DNA of 54,681 bases from Zetaproteobacteria bacterium (GTDB lineage Bacteria > Pseudomonadota > Zetaproteobacteria > Mariprofundales > Mariprofundaceae), in assembly GCA_003695905.1 (NCBI GenBank), contig RFGS01000045.1, positions 1-54,681 on the forward strand. The letters run 5' to 3'. The notes beneath the pieces are model-generated. The model worked only from the letters and a program-made list of their open reading frames with translations. It searched no databases and was not told the DNA's origin. A program made the position numbers and the translations under genes. Shown here piece after piece: positions 9,140-19,169 of this stretch. Position 1 is the first letter of the stretch; the number at the start of each line of letters is the position of its first letter.

Positions 9140-10335
9140 CAGGAGCCGATCATGTCCAGACCACGATCATTGTGCGCGGTCTTTCCCTCCCGCACGTCCA
9201 GACGCCCCATCTGCCTGAAAAACTGCTTGCTGGCTTCCAACAATGCCTGGGCGAGGCGCCGTTGATGGCGATCGTCGGTCAACTTGCGCTCCCTGCTCGG
9301 ATTCGAGATATAGTCGAGTTCGACCAAGGCACTGGGAATCTCCAAAGCACCAAGAACGACAAAGCGGGCCCGTTTTGTCGTGCGATACTTCAGGGGTCCA
9401 ACCTGTTTCAACTGGGCAAGCAGTTTCTCTGCCAGGATTTGAGAGGAATTCAGCGCATCACGCCGGAACATGTCACCCAAGATCCTGCTGACCATGGGGT
9501 CCTCAACCTCCTCATCAATGGACACACCACCAACCTCATCGGCGGCATTTTCCTTGGCGGCCAAGGCCTCGGCCGCCTTGTCCGGCGTGGCGCCGCGCTC
9601 CGAGAGCGTATAGACGCTGGCCCCCATGACGGAACGCGTGCGAACTGCATCTGCATGAATACTGATCATCAGATCGGCATGGGCCTGTCTGGCGAGACGT
9701 ACCCGTTTCTTGAGCGGCACGAAGTAATCACCTTTGCGGATCAGAACGGCTCGCATGCCCGGTGCCTTGTCGATCAAGGCTGCCAGTTTTTTGGCGACGG
9801 CCAGCGTCACGGTCTTCTCTTTGACGCCATGCGGTCCTATGGCTCCGGGATCCTCCCCCCCGTGACCAGCATCCACAGCAATAACAAGCGCTTTTGCATG
9901 ACGCGCATCTGCGGCTGTAAGGGCGGCCTTGGGCTGTTGCTGTTCGCGCATCAGATCAATCACCAAACGATGAGGCTTGCCCCCTATGGGCCTGAGCAGG
10001 AAGGAGCGGGGACGAACCTTTTCCCGTACATCAATCACAAGTCTCAGTATTGCATTCTCTCGGGCACCATGCCGAATGGCTTGCACAACCGGATCGGGGA
10101 GCCTGAGCTTGGATAGATCCGCCTTCAAAACTGCGTGCCTAAGATCGACAACGATCCGTTCAGGCTTGTGGAGCCGGAACACCTGATAGTCAACCAAGCT
10201 ATCAAGATCCAGAACCAGCCGGGTATGGTCCGGCGCCGTCCACAGACGAAGATCGCGAATGCTGGCATCGACAGCCCATGCCTGCTGTCCAATCAGCAGG
10301 AAGATTAGCAAGAAGAATCCAGAACAAATGCGCAT
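9139..10335 (-). CDS. amiC: N-acetylmuramoyl-L-alanine amidase with an N-terminal AMIN domain (AmiC-type)
   Basis: Start re-assigned to MRICSGFFLLIFLLIGQQAWA (signal peptide). AMIN-like segment IRDLRLWTAPDHTRLVLDL. Amidase_3 motifs VIAVDAGHGGEDPG and LMISIHADA. Its stop overlaps the msbA start by 1 nt. Confidence 0.88.
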   Translation of the reverse strand: MRICSGFFLLIFLLIGQQAWAVDASIRDLRLWTAPDHTRLVLDLDSLVDYQVFRLHKPERIVVDLRHAVLKADLSKLRLPDPVVQAIRHGARENAILRLVIDVREKVRPRSFLLRPIGGKPHRLVIDLMREQQQPKAALTAADARHAKALVIAVDAGHGGEDPGAIGPHGVKEKTVTLAVAKKLAALIDKAPGMRAVLIRKGDYFVPLKKRVRLARQAHADLMISIHADAVRTRSVMGASVYTLSERGATPDKAAEALAAKENAADEVGGVSIDEEVEDPMVSRILGDMFRRDALNSSQILAEKLLAQLKQVGPLKYRTTKRARFVVLGALEIPSALVELDYISNPSRERKLTDDRHQRRLAQALLEASKQFFRQMGRLDVREGKTAHNDRGLDMIGS

Positions 10336-10381
10336 CCCGGTGCTTATCCTTACCCTGCCGACAACCAATGCAAGTCTAGCC

Positions 10382-10894
10382 TTAGGGCCTGCGAACCAGA
10401 TCACGCACGGAGACAACCCTATCGATGAACAGGATACCATCGAGATGGTCAATCTCATGCTGGATAACCCGAGCCTCAAACCCCAAACTCTCAATGCGCC
10501 TTGTGGCCCCTTCAGGGGTCTGAAAGGAAACCAGAATCCGGTGCGAGCGCGGTACCATGCCCACCCAATCCGGTACGGACAAACACCCTTCCCTTCCCAG
10601 CACACGCCCCTCCCGGTCTTCGATAACGGGATTCAACATGACCAACCGCCCATGATTGAGGCAAGGACGCCGTGCTGTCGTGCAATCCACGATGATCATG
10701 CGCTGATCCAGTCCGATCTGAGGAGCGGCTATACCCACGGCACCAGGACCAGCGCCCAAGGCCAACTCAAGCTGTCGGATGGCAAGAGGCAGGTCAGCAT
10801 CCCCAAGGTCGACCTCTCTGGCCTCCCGACGCAGACGGGCATCGGGATAGATCAGGATCATGGGAGCCTTAGGCACCTGCTTGGAAGCAGTCAT
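10382..10894 (-). CDS. def: Peptide deformylase
   Basis: All three catalytic motifs are present: GIAAPQIG, EGCLSVP and HEIDHLDG. Confidence 0.93.
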   Translation of the reverse strand: MTASKQVPKAPMILIYPDARLRREAREVDLGDADLPLAIRQLELALGAGPGAVGIAAPQIGLDQRMIIVDCTTARRPCLNHGRLVMLNPVIEDREGRVLGREGCLSVPDWVGMVPRSHRILVSFQTPEGATRRIESLGFEARVIQHEIDHLDGILFIDRVVSVRDLVRRP

Positions 10895-10906
10895 GCAGGA
10901 GAAGTG

Positions 10907-11428
10907 TCAGAGCACTGCTTGGTCAAGCCGATGACACTCGATATCCACGCCCAGTTGGTCTGCCACTTTCTGCAACAACCCGTCCAGATCATCGAGCTTG
11001 TCCCCAGCATGAGCCTCCAGGGCCATGATATAGACGCCTTCGCGCACCTGAGTGGAAACGTCAACAATGGAAATATCTTGCTCAGCCAAGGCATTGGAAA
11101 CCTCATACACAATGCCCAATTGATCCGCGCCATGCACGGTCACGACGCAATCCGGATCCGGTGTCGACTGCGCTACCTCCTCCTCACTCAAGGCCTGGGA
11201 CTGAATGATCAGACCCGTACGTTGCTCCAGGTCTGCCAGCGCCGCATTCAGTTCGCTCAGACCCATCTTCTCGGGCAGGCGGACGATCAACATCATCGCA
11301 AACCTCCCCCGCAATGCCGTCATTGAAGAATCCTCAATGTTCGCGGACAGATGCAGCATCGCCTCGGCAACATCCCGGACGATTCCCGGCCGATCATGCC
11401 CGGAAATCGAAAGCAGAACATAAGACAT
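10907..11428 (-). CDS. Tandem ACT-domain protein (GcvR-like)
   Basis: Two ACT-like repeats beginning LLSISGHDRPGIVRDV and VVTVHGADQLGIVYEV. Size and layout match the COG2716 glycine-cleavage regulator-like proteins. Confidence 0.7.
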   Translation of the reverse strand: MSYVLLSISGHDRPGIVRDVAEAMLHLSANIEDSSMTALRGRFAMMLIVRLPEKMGLSELNAALADLEQRTGLIIQSQALSEEEVAQSTPDPDCVVTVHGADQLGIVYEVSNALAEQDISIVDVSTQVREGVYIMALEAHAGDKLDDLDGLLQKVADQLGVDIECHRLDQAVL

Positions 11429-11482
11429 GGAACACCTCCTCCCGACAGCCTACGCCAGTTTCATCAGCAGTCCAAGCTGACC

Positions 11483-11815
11483 TCAGCCGAACGACACAGA
11501 TGCACCGCAACCACATTCGCCTTGAACATTCGGATTATGGTAAACAAAGGATGAGGATAGAAGATCCTGTTGGAAATCGATCCGGATACCTTTCAGACCA
11601 AGGTCGTAGGAAGCCCTGTCAATATAGAGACATCCAGGTTCAAGATCGAGCTTTAGGTCGGCTGGATCCGGCTGTTCGACATAATCCAGGACATATTCAT
11701 AACCGGAACATCCGGCCTGACGCAGGGCAAGACGCAAACCGGCACAATGCCGCTGCTTTAGCAGTTCCTTCATGCGCAGACGCGCTGAATCGGTCAAGAC
11801 AATATCAACATCCAT
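11483..11815 (-). CDS. iscA: Iron-sulfur cluster insertion/carrier protein (HesB/IscA/ErpA family)
   Basis: 110 aa with GCSGYEY and C-terminal CGCGASVSF cysteine motifs. Lies directly downstream of the cysteine desulfurase gene. Confidence 0.88.
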   Translation of the reverse strand: MDVDIVLTDSARLRMKELLKQRHCAGLRLALRQAGCSGYEYVLDYVEQPDPADLKLDLEPGCLYIDRASYDLGLKGIRIDFQQDLLSSSFVYHNPNVQGECGCGASVSFG

Positions 11816-11825
11816 ATCTTCGCTC

Positions 11826-12998
11826 CTATGGGATCATGCCAGCCATGGCCTGCAAACGCTGCCTGATGTGCCTGAGTTCCTGGACAAGCGCCAAGCCATC
11901 CTCCGAGGCATTGCCCGGTCCGAAACTGACCCTCACGGCGCCGCGTGCAAGCTCCGGTCGTACCCCCATGGCCAACAGCACATGAGAAGGCTCACGCTTA
12001 CCTGATGAACAGGCCGAGCCGGAAGCCACGGCGAAGCCGGCAAGATCCAGTTGCATCAACAGGGTCTCTCCATCCAGACCGGGAACCGAAAACAGGCTGG
12101 TATTGGCTACACGCTCCGTGTCACGGCCAAACACAACGGCATCCGGAATGAACTCCGCAAGCGCCTGCTCGAATGCATCCCGCATGCATGCATACGGTGA
12201 AAAATCAGCCTCCCGAAGGGCCGCTGCAAAGGCCACGATCCCGGCAACGTTCTCTGTCCCTGAGCGGCGCTTGCGCTCCTGTCCCCCTCCAGGGGCCAAT
12301 TCTCGCACCTTGATACCTCGCCTGACCACCAGGGCGCCGACGCCGCGAGGCCCACCGATCTTGTGTGCTGACAGGGCCACAAAGTCAGCATCCATGGACA
12401 GGCAATTCATCGGCAACTTCCCCAAGGCCTGAACAGCATCCACAAGCACCGGCACCCCCATGGCACGGCAATGTCGGACAACCTCCTCGACAGGCTGAAC
12501 GACCCCGGATTCGTTGTTGGCCCACATGATGCAGACAAGCCTGGTTGAGGCATCGATGTGACGGATGAACTCCTTGGCCGAGACTTTGCCATGGCTGTCC
12601 GGGCGCACTCGAACAAGTTGCCAGCCCCTCTCATTGGCTTCCCGCGTGTCCCAGCGGGAAAGAGGCTGAAGCACGGCCGGATGCTCGATGGCTGAGGTCA
12701 CGATTTTCCCCGGCGCGCAGCCATGCAAAACACTTTGGATGGCAATATTGTCCGATTCTGTCCCACCGGAAGTGAAGACAATGCTGCCGGGATCAGCATG
12801 AATGCATGCCGCTATGGCCTCTCGGGCATCCTCAAGCGCCCGTCGGGCCTCTCGTCCCGCCCAATGCAAGCTCGACGGATTGCCAACAAGATCACGCGCT
12901 GCCCTAACATAGGCATCAAGGGCTGATGCCCTCATCGGTGAAGTGGCATTATGGTCAAGATACCGACGCAATCCGAGCATCCATACGGACTTCATCAC
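11826..12998 (-). CDS. iscS: Cysteine desulfurase, class I (IscS/NifS-type)
   Basis: YLDHNATSP N-terminus, PLP lysine motif SAHKIGGPRGVGAL and active-site loop SGSACSSG. Start uncertain (12998, 12995 or 12980); all three overlap the 3' end of iscR. Confidence 0.9.
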   Translation of the reverse strand: MMKSVWMLGLRRYLDHNATSPMRASALDAYVRAARDLVGNPSSLHWAGREARRALEDAREAIAACIHADPGSIVFTSGGTESDNIAIQSVLHGCAPGKIVTSAIEHPAVLQPLSRWDTREANERGWQLVRVRPDSHGKVSAKEFIRHIDASTRLVCIMWANNESGVVQPVEEVVRHCRAMGVPVLVDAVQALGKLPMNCLSMDADFVALSAHKIGGPRGVGALVVRRGIKVRELAPGGGQERKRRSGTENVAGIVAFAAALREADFSPYACMRDAFEQALAEFIPDAVVFGRDTERVANTSLFSVPGLDGETLLMQLDLAGFAVASGSACSSGKREPSHVLLAMGVRPELARGAVRVSFGPGNASEDGLALVQELRHIRQRLQAMAGMIP

Positions 12999-13452
12999 CC
13001 TGATTCAAGTACTGGGAAACATCAGCCAGTTCGATCCTGTCAAGGAACACTTCGCCATCCCTGACCTGCTGAATGGTTACGGCATCGAGAAAACGATAGA
13101 TGTGCAGCCCCAGGGCCTCCCAAAGCTGGTGGGTATCACAGCGGTTGCCCCGATGACATCCACGAACCCCGTTCTCGCACATGGTCGTGTGCACGGGTTC
13201 ATTGACCGCACGAATAACTTCCGCAACCGTGATCTCCGAAGGATCGCGCGCCATGGTATAGCCACCGCCCGGACCACGAACCGAATTGACCAGGCCAGCC
13301 TCCCTGAGCTTGCGAAACAACTGTTCGAGATAGGAAAGCGATATGAACTGACGTTCGGAAATCGCAGCCAGGGTCACGGGCCCACCCTTTTGCTGCTTGC
13401 TCAAATCCACCATTGCTGATACGGCATACCGCCCCTTGCTCGTCAAACGCAT
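12955..13452 (-). CDS. iscR: Rrf2-family transcriptional regulator (IscR-like)
   Basis: MRLTSKGRYAVSAMVDL..., a winged helix with ISLSYLEQLFRKLR, and a Cys cluster (C...C.....C) after the DNA-binding domain. First gene of the isc cluster. Confidence 0.88.
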   Translation of the reverse strand: MRLTSKGRYAVSAMVDLSKQQKGGPVTLAAISERQFISLSYLEQLFRKLREAGLVNSVRGPGGGYTMARDPSEITVAEVIRAVNEPVHTTMCENGVRGCHRGNRCDTHQLWEALGLHIYRFLDAVTIQQVRDGEVFLDRIELADVSQYLNQGDEVRMDARIASVS

Positions 13453-13491
13453 TCCAAGCCTCCTGCCAGAATAACCCTTCTGTCAGATCGG

Positions 13492-13519
13492 ATATTATAT
13501 ACCATACTGTTTTGGTCAA
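13492..13519 (-). promoter_or_regulatory. Candidate sigma70 promoter for iscR-iscS-iscA, embedded in an inverted repeat
   Basis: Reverse strand reads TTGACC - 16 nt - TAATAT, about 40 nt upstream of the iscR ATG, which has an AGGAGG SD. It overlaps GTCAAGTATTATGAC and is flanked by ATACTGTT ... AACAGTAT (13504-13548). This is plausibly an IscR operator. Confidence 0.4.
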
Positions 13520-13627
13520 GTATTATGACTGCTGCTTCGGGAACAGTATACCCGCCATGGTCTATTTACGCCTATGCCCTGCGAGCAAACAACATCTTAG
13601 TCCGATTTTTCGGCATCCAAACGACCC

Positions 13628-14365
13628 CTAGATGCCTTCCCCTCCAAGGAATCGCTCCAGCTTTTCTTGTTCCTTGTGCAGGTCCTGCTCCAAATCCCTG
13701 CTGCGCCGGTCCCTGCTGCTTTCAGGATGAAAGGCATCAATGCGGGCATTAACATCATCGATCATCTTGAGCACATGCTCCAGGGCTTCAGCCACCGGGT
13801 TGGCCAGCAAATGATGATCCAGATTGATTCTGCCATTTTCGATCAGCGACTCTGTCGACCCCACGATGGTTCCGGGAATGCCGACAACCGTCGAATGGGC
13901 AGGCACATCACGCAGGACAACCGAATTGGCACCAATGCGTGACTGTTCACCAATCGTGATCGGTCCAAGCACCTTAGCACCAGCTCCGACAATGACACCA
14001 TCGTGCAATGTGGGATGGCGCTTTGTCTTTTCCCAGGTCGTTCCTCCCAGCGTTACCCCATGATACAGGGTCACGTCATCACCAATCTCCGTGGTCTCAC
14101 CGATGACCACGCCCATGCCATGATCGATGAAAAAACGCCTGCCAATACGTGCACCTGGATGAATCTCGATGCCGGTCAACCAGCGCATGACATGGGACAC
14201 GAATCGACCGAGCCACTTGAAGCCATGCTTCCATAGAAAATGCGCCAGACGATAGCCCCAGACGGCATGCAACCCTGGATAGCAGGTCAGCACCTCCCAG
14301 ACCGAACGGGTGGCCGGGTCCCGGTCAAAAGCCATGCGAATGTCTTCACGGAATCGTTCAAGCAT
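13628..14365 (-). CDS. cysE: Serine O-acetyltransferase
   Basis: N-terminal SATase helical region ([27 protein letters not shown]) followed by hexapeptide repeats ([44 protein letters not shown]). Confidence 0.93.
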   Translation of the reverse strand: MLERFREDIRMAFDRDPATRSVWEVLTCYPGLHAVWGYRLAHFLWKHGFKWLGRFVSHVMRWLTGIEIHPGARIGRRFFIDHGMGVVIGETTEIGDDVTLYHGVTLGGTTWEKTKRHPTLHDGVIVGAGAKVLGPITIGEQSRIGANSVVLRDVPAHSTVVGIPGTIVGSTESLIENGRINLDHHLLANPVAEALEHVLKMIDDVNARIDAFHPESSRDRRSRDLEQDLHKEQEKLERFLGGEGI

Positions 14366-14412
14366 GAGGCAAGGCTAGCAGGACCTCTAAGGAAACGACA
14401 GCCAGCAAGCGC

Positions 14413-15663
14413 TTACGCCTGCAAAGCTTGTTGCATTGCAGGCAACTGCTCCTCGCTAGCTGCCACAGTCCAGAGCGTGGGCTTGCACAATTGCAAGCGG
14501 ACCCAGCCGATCAGTTCATCAAGCTCGACCCGATCAACGGCTTGCGTCCATGCCACAGGGGATCTGAGCATAGGATCATCCAGTCTCGAACCGAGATAAA
14601 GCATCTGTCCCTCCACCGAATCCATGCCCATACGCAATTGGACCCGAAGCTGGCTTTTAGCCCGACGAAGGTCCCGCTCATTGAGCCGCTGGGGGAACGC
14701 TTGCAGCACCTCTCTGAGCACATCGATACAGCGCCGTCCATGCTCGGGTGAGCAACTGCAAGAGATGCCCCAAGTGCCAACATCGCTCAGCAGGTTCAAA
14801 TGGGAGGCAATGCTGTAAGCCAGCCCTCGCTTTTCCCTGACCTCACGGAACAGGTGGGAGCTCATGCCACCGCCGAGCATCTGGTTTGCCAGCCAGGCCA
14901 GAGGACGTTCCTCGGCTGCAGCATGGATGCAGGGCCAGGACACCAGTAGATGTGCCTGCTCTCCCTCCCTGCTCAACGTCTGCACACCAGACGATGGTGA
15001 AGGGGCCGTCCTGGCCGTGCGCGCGGATGCCGATCGCCAGTGAATGGCTGATGCAGCATCCACCAGTGACTCATGCCTGATATTACCCGCGGCTGCCAGC
15101 AACAAGCGAGATCCCCCGTAATTGTCCTCGAGATGCCGGCGAAGGTCTTCGGCATGCAGCGTGGCCAATGATGAACGGGTTCCCAGGATGCTTCTTCCCA
15201 AGGCATGATCCGGAAACAGCGCGCTCACATGCTGATCCATGACCCATTCTTCCGGGGCATCCTCAACCATGGCCATCTCCGAATAGATGACCTCACGCTC
15301 CTTTTCCCATTCCTCTTCAGGCAGATGCGGGGAGCACACCATGGCCGCAAGAAGCTCCAGGGCCTCTGCCCATGACTCATGAAGCACCTGCATATGGAAG
15401 CAAGTGCGTTCCCGCGAGGTGAACGCATTGGCGTTGCCACCAAGCGCATCCAGCCGCTCGGAAAGCGCATGCACATCCCAAGGACCTGCACCCTTGAAGA
15501 CCATATGCTCAAGGGCATGGCTGGCTCCATGCATGACCGCAGCTTCATCGCGACTGCCGACATCCGCAAACAGCCCCAGTGCGACGCTCTGCGCCCGCGG
15601 CATATCGAGCGTGATCACCCGCAGGCCAGAAGGCAGCTCCGTTTCCCTGGCATAAGACGTCAT
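14413..15663 (-). CDS. M16-family zinc metallopeptidase (insulinase/pitrilysin-like)
   Basis: HxxEH zinc motif (SHALEHMVFKG) and a downstream E in the EREVIYSE context. 416 aa with the two-domain M16 layout. Confidence 0.85.
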   Translation of the reverse strand: MTSYARETELPSGLRVITLDMPRAQSVALGLFADVGSRDEAAVMHGASHALEHMVFKGAGPWDVHALSERLDALGGNANAFTSRERTCFHMQVLHESWAEALELLAAMVCSPHLPEEEWEKEREVIYSEMAMVEDAPEEWVMDQHVSALFPDHALGRSILGTRSSLATLHAEDLRRHLEDNYGGSRLLLAAAGNIRHESLVDAASAIHWRSASARTARTAPSPSSGVQTLSREGEQAHLLVSWPCIHAAAEERPLAWLANQMLGGGMSSHLFREVREKRGLAYSIASHLNLLSDVGTWGISCSCSPEHGRRCIDVLREVLQAFPQRLNERDLRRAKSQLRVQLRMGMDSVEGQMLYLGSRLDDPMLRSPVAWTQAVDRVELDELIGWVRLQLCKPTLWTVAASEEQLPAMQQALQA

Positions 15664-15679
15664 GTGGCGAAGATCAAAG

Positions 15680-15708
15680 GAAAAACGGGCGCATTTGAAG
15701 CGCCCGTT
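15680..15708 (-). terminator. Rho-independent terminator downstream of pnp
   Basis: Reverse strand reads AACGGGCGC-TTCAAAT-GCGCCCGTT followed by TTTTT. This is a 9-bp GC-rich stem, 27 nt after the pnp stop. Confidence 0.7.
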
Positions 15709-15734
15709 CCCATTTGAGAGATTCGACCAGAGGA

Positions 15735-17831
15735 TCAGGCTTCATCCTGAACGGCCTTCATCGAAAGACGGATGCGTCCGTTCCGGTCCACCTCAAGCAC
15801 CTTTACGCGCACCTGCTGCCCTTCCTTGAGTTCATCGCTGACCTTATCGACACGATGATGTGCTATCTGGGAGATGTGCACGAGACCATCTGTATTGCCC
15901 AAAATACGTACAAAGGCCCCGAAGTCCATCAACTTGACCACGGTACCTTCGTAAACGCGACCGACCTCGACCTCCGCCGTGATGTCCTCGATGCGCTTCT
16001 TGGCCGCCTCTCCGGCTTCCGATGTCACGGCAAAAACCTTGACCGTACCATCATCCTCAATGTCGATCTTGGCACCTGTCTCTTCCACGATGCCCTTGAT
16101 GACCTTTCCGCCGGGTCCGATCAAATCACGGATCTTGTCGGGATTGATCTTCATGGTGAACATGCGTGGGGCATGGGAGGCAACCGCCGGACGAGGTGCC
16201 TGAATGCACTTGGCCATTTCACCAAGGATGTGCATGCGCGCCTCTCTGGCCTGGGCCAAGGCCTGTTCCATGATCTCACGCGTCAGCCCGCCGATCTTGA
16301 TATCAAGCTGGAATGTCGTGACGCCTTCAGTAGTTCCCGCGACCTTGAAATCCATGTCACCGAGATGATCCTCATCTCCAAGGATGTCCGTCAGAACGGC
16401 ATATCCATCCTTCTCAAGAATCAGGCCCATGGCCACACCTGCCACTGGGCGCTTGATGGGCACGCCTGCATCCATTAGCGCGAGGGAGGCACCGCAAACC
16501 GTGGCCATGGAAGATGATCCGTTGGACTCGGTGATCTCGGAAACCACCCGAACCGCATAGCCGAACTCTTCCTCGGAAGGCATGATCGGCTCCACGCCTC
16601 GCTTGGCCAGACGCCCGTGCCCGATTTCACGCCGACCCGGAGGGCCCATGCGTCGGACCTCGCCCACCGAGAACGGTGGAAAATTGTAGTGCAGCATGAA
16701 ACGCTGTTTGGCCACGCCCTCCAGACTTTCCATGATCTGCATGTCGGATTCCGTGCCCAAAGTCACGGTCACCAGCGCCTGGGTTTCACCTCGTGTAAAC
16801 AGGGCCGAGCCATGCGTGCGGGGCAACAAGCCAACTTCGCAGTTGATGGGACGCACCTCGGTCGTCGAGCGCCCGTCGATGCGCGGCTTTCCCTCGATGA
16901 TGGCCCGTCGGACGATTTCCTTTTCGAGCGACTTCAAGGCCGAAGCAACATCATTGGCCAGGAATGGGCCCGGGTTGTCCTCGCTTCCAGCCAGCTTCTG
17001 CTGAGCCTCCAGACGAATGGCCTCCAACCGCGCGGAACGCTGCCCCTTGTCGGCAATGGCATAGGCAGCCCGCAGCTCGCTTTCAAAGCACTCGCGAACG
17101 GCAGCTTCAACGTCCTCGCCGCCAGCAAGTTCCACCTGAATCTTTTCCTTGCCGGCCTGGGCGACCAATGCCTCAATAGCATCAAGGACTGGCTGGTATC
17201 CCTTCTGTCCAAAGATCACGGCATCCAGCATCTGGGCTTCGGACAGCTCGTGAGCTTCGGACTCCACCATCAGAACGGCATCACGCGTACCGGCCACAAC
17301 CAGATCAAGCTCGGAGCGTTCCATCTGCTCATAGCTAGGATTTAGCACGAATTCACCATCTATTAGGCCGACTCGCGAGGCTGCAATGGGTCCTGCAAAC
17401 GGAATGTCCGAAATGGCCAAGGCCGCAGATGCACCGTTGATGGCCACAACATCTGGATTGTTGTCATCATCTGCCGAGACCACAGTCGCAATGACCTGGG
17501 TGTCGTGAAAATACCCCTTGGGGAATAGGGGACGGATGGGACGATCAATCAGTCGGGCGGTCAGGGTTTCCTTTTCGCTCGGACGCCCCTCGCGTTTCAT
17601 GAAGCCACCGAGGAAACGCCCGGCGGCATAGGTCTTTTCCTGATAATGAACGGTAAGCGGGAGAAAGTCCACGCCCTGCATGGGCTGCTTGGATGCCGTG
17701 GCTGCCACATGAATCACCACGTCACCGTATCGGGCCATGACCGATCCTCCGGCCTGCCTTGCTATACGCCCGGTTTCAAATGAGAGAGTGCGACCGCCAA
17801 CTTCGGCTTCACTGGTTTTGATATCAAACAT
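15735..17831 (-). CDS. pnp: Polyribonucleotide nucleotidyltransferase (PNPase)
   Basis: Two RNase PH domains plus KH and S1 domains ([18 protein letters not shown]). Start re-assigned to MFDIKTSE, after AAGGAAAAG. Lies downstream of rpsO, as is typical. Confidence 0.95.
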   Translation of the reverse strand: MFDIKTSEAEVGGRTLSFETGRIARQAGGSVMARYGDVVIHVAATASKQPMQGVDFLPLTVHYQEKTYAAGRFLGGFMKREGRPSEKETLTARLIDRPIRPLFPKGYFHDTQVIATVVSADDDNNPDVVAINGASAALAISDIPFAGPIAASRVGLIDGEFVLNPSYEQMERSELDLVVAGTRDAVLMVESEAHELSEAQMLDAVIFGQKGYQPVLDAIEALVAQAGKEKIQVELAGGEDVEAAVRECFESELRAAYAIADKGQRSARLEAIRLEAQQKLAGSEDNPGPFLANDVASALKSLEKEIVRRAIIEGKPRIDGRSTTEVRPINCEVGLLPRTHGSALFTRGETQALVTVTLGTESDMQIMESLEGVAKQRFMLHYNFPPFSVGEVRRMGPPGRREIGHGRLAKRGVEPIMPSEEEFGYAVRVVSEITESNGSSSMATVCGASLALMDAGVPIKRPVAGVAMGLILEKDGYAVLTDILGDEDHLGDMDFKVAGTTEGVTTFQLDIKIGGLTREIMEQALAQAREARMHILGEMAKCIQAPRPAVASHAPRMFTMKINPDKIRDLIGPGGKVIKGIVEETGAKIDIEDDGTVKVFAVTSEAGEAAKKRIEDITAEVEVGRVYEGTVVKLMDFGAFVRILGNTDGLVHISQIAHHRVDKVSDELKEGQQVRVKVLEVDRNGRIRLSMKAVQDEA

Positions 17832-17880
17832 ATGCTTTTCCTTTTCCGCCCACGTCTTTGGCATGGAACGAATGTCAGCG

Positions 17881-17920
17881 GAAAAAAGAAAGGCGGCCTG
17901 GAATCATACCAGCCGCCTTT
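17881..17920 (-). terminator. rpsO terminator / pnp leader hairpin
   Basis: Reverse strand reads AAAGGCGGC-(14 nt loop)-GCCGCCTTT followed by CTTTTTTC, between the rpsO stop (17927) and the pnp start. In E. coli this position holds the partial terminator and the RNase III-processed pnp leader. Confidence 0.6.
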
Positions 17921-17926
17921 GATGTT

Positions 17927-18196
17927 TTAACGACGCAAGCCAAGACGCTCAATAAGCTCGCGGTAGCGATTGAAGTCCTTCTTCCTCAGGTAATTGAGAA
18001 GATTTCTCCGGCGCCCGACCATCTTCAGCAGGCCGCGACGGGAATGATGATCCTTATGATGAACCTTGAAATGCTCCTGCAGATGGTTGATCCGCTCCGT
18101 AAGCAGAGCAATCTGAACCTCCGGGGAACCGGTGTCACCCTCATTGCGGCGGAATTTTTCAATAATCGCGTTTTTCTCTTCCAGCGCCAAAGACAT
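17927..18196 (-). CDS. rpsO: 30S ribosomal protein S15
   Basis: 89 aa from the ATG at 18196: [57 protein letters not shown]... Confidence 0.96.
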   Translation of the reverse strand: MSLALEEKNAIIEKFRRNEGDTGSPEVQIALLTERINHLQEHFKVHHKDHHSRRGLLKMVGRRRNLLNYLRKKDFNRYRELIERLGLRR

Positions 18197-18243
18197 GAAC
18201 GATATTACCTCTTGGTTTTTTCTTTCCTCTTTTCGGGCGGCGA

Positions 18244-18272
18244 ACGATAACCACATGGGAAGCCGCATGCAA
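18244..18272 (-). promoter_or_regulatory. Candidate sigma70 promoter for rpsO
   Basis: Reverse strand reads TTGCAT - 17 nt - TATCGT, about 45 nt upstream of the rpsO ATG. Confidence 0.3.
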
Positions 18273-18293
18273 ATATTTCTTGCCATCATCCGA

Positions 18294-19169
18294 TCAGAAC
18301 ACCTTAACCGAGAATCCGATCGCACGAATCACATCAGCCAGCGAGTCCAACCACGTCAGGGGCAACGGCGAGACATGGGAAGATTCCCGTTGGCACGAAG
18401 GCCTCGCCAGAGAATAGAGCAACACACCCTCCAACGGCAGACCATCGGTTGCAAAGCGCCTGAGCAAGGCCAAGTATGGTTCCAGCAGCTCTTCCCCCGG
18501 TTCCTGCTCATCCCATGCAACCATACACGTCTGTATCCACGTCGGACAATGCATGGCTGAGGTCGCAACCTGTTCGAAAAGTCTGTCGGCATCGAGCCGC
18601 ACGCCATTGATGCGTTTGGCGCTTGCAGGGTCAGCAGCATCCACCTTGATCCAGACCTCTCCCCGCAAGTCGGCCATTCGGCTGAGGCCCTGGCGAACAT
18701 ACCCCTTGCTCATGTAACTACCATTGGTAATCAGGCGCAACGGTATACGACCCACGAGCCCGAAACGCTCCATGATGCCGCCAACAAGCGAAACCGCATC
18801 AGCAAACTGCCCCGAGCTCGTCGGCTCGCCATTACCGGAAAAGGCCATATCCCGAAGTATGCGCATCCCCTCAGGGGCAAACCGATGTAAGAAATCGCCA
18901 TGCAACATGGCCTCCAGCATGCTGGACAACTCATGCTCCAGGCGTGAAAGATCAATGGCCGGCGCGGCCCCTCTCTTCAGATCTGGCACCTGACAATAGG
19001 CGCAATGCCAGTTGCATGCGTTGTTGGGATTCAGATTGATGCCCAAGGAGACACCTTCCGCCCTACGGGAAAGCACGGGATAGACATAGCGCATACCGGC
19101 CACTTCACGATCATGGTCGTCAAACGACAGCGTTCGCGCGGCTGCAACAGAGCTGATCTCAGCACTCAT
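18294..19169 (-). CDS. Radical SAM protein of unknown function (COG0731-like)
   Basis: CX3CX2C motif CNWHCAYCQ preceded by [18 protein letters not shown]. Also GNGEPT and LITNGS motifs. The ATG at 19169 lies 6 nt after GGTGGAGG and 11 nt inside the 3' end of bioA. Confidence 0.75.
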   Translation of the reverse strand: MSAEISSVAAARTLSFDDHDREVAGMRYVYPVLSRRAEGVSLGINLNPNNACNWHCAYCQVPDLKRGAAPAIDLSRLEHELSSMLEAMLHGDFLHRFAPEGMRILRDMAFSGNGEPTSSGQFADAVSLVGGIMERFGLVGRIPLRLITNGSYMSKGYVRQGLSRMADLRGEVWIKVDAADPASAKRINGVRLDADRLFEQVATSAMHCPTWIQTCMVAWDEQEPGEELLEPYLALLRRFATDGLPLEGVLLYSLARPSCQRESSHVSPLPLTWLDSLADVIRAIGFSVKVF

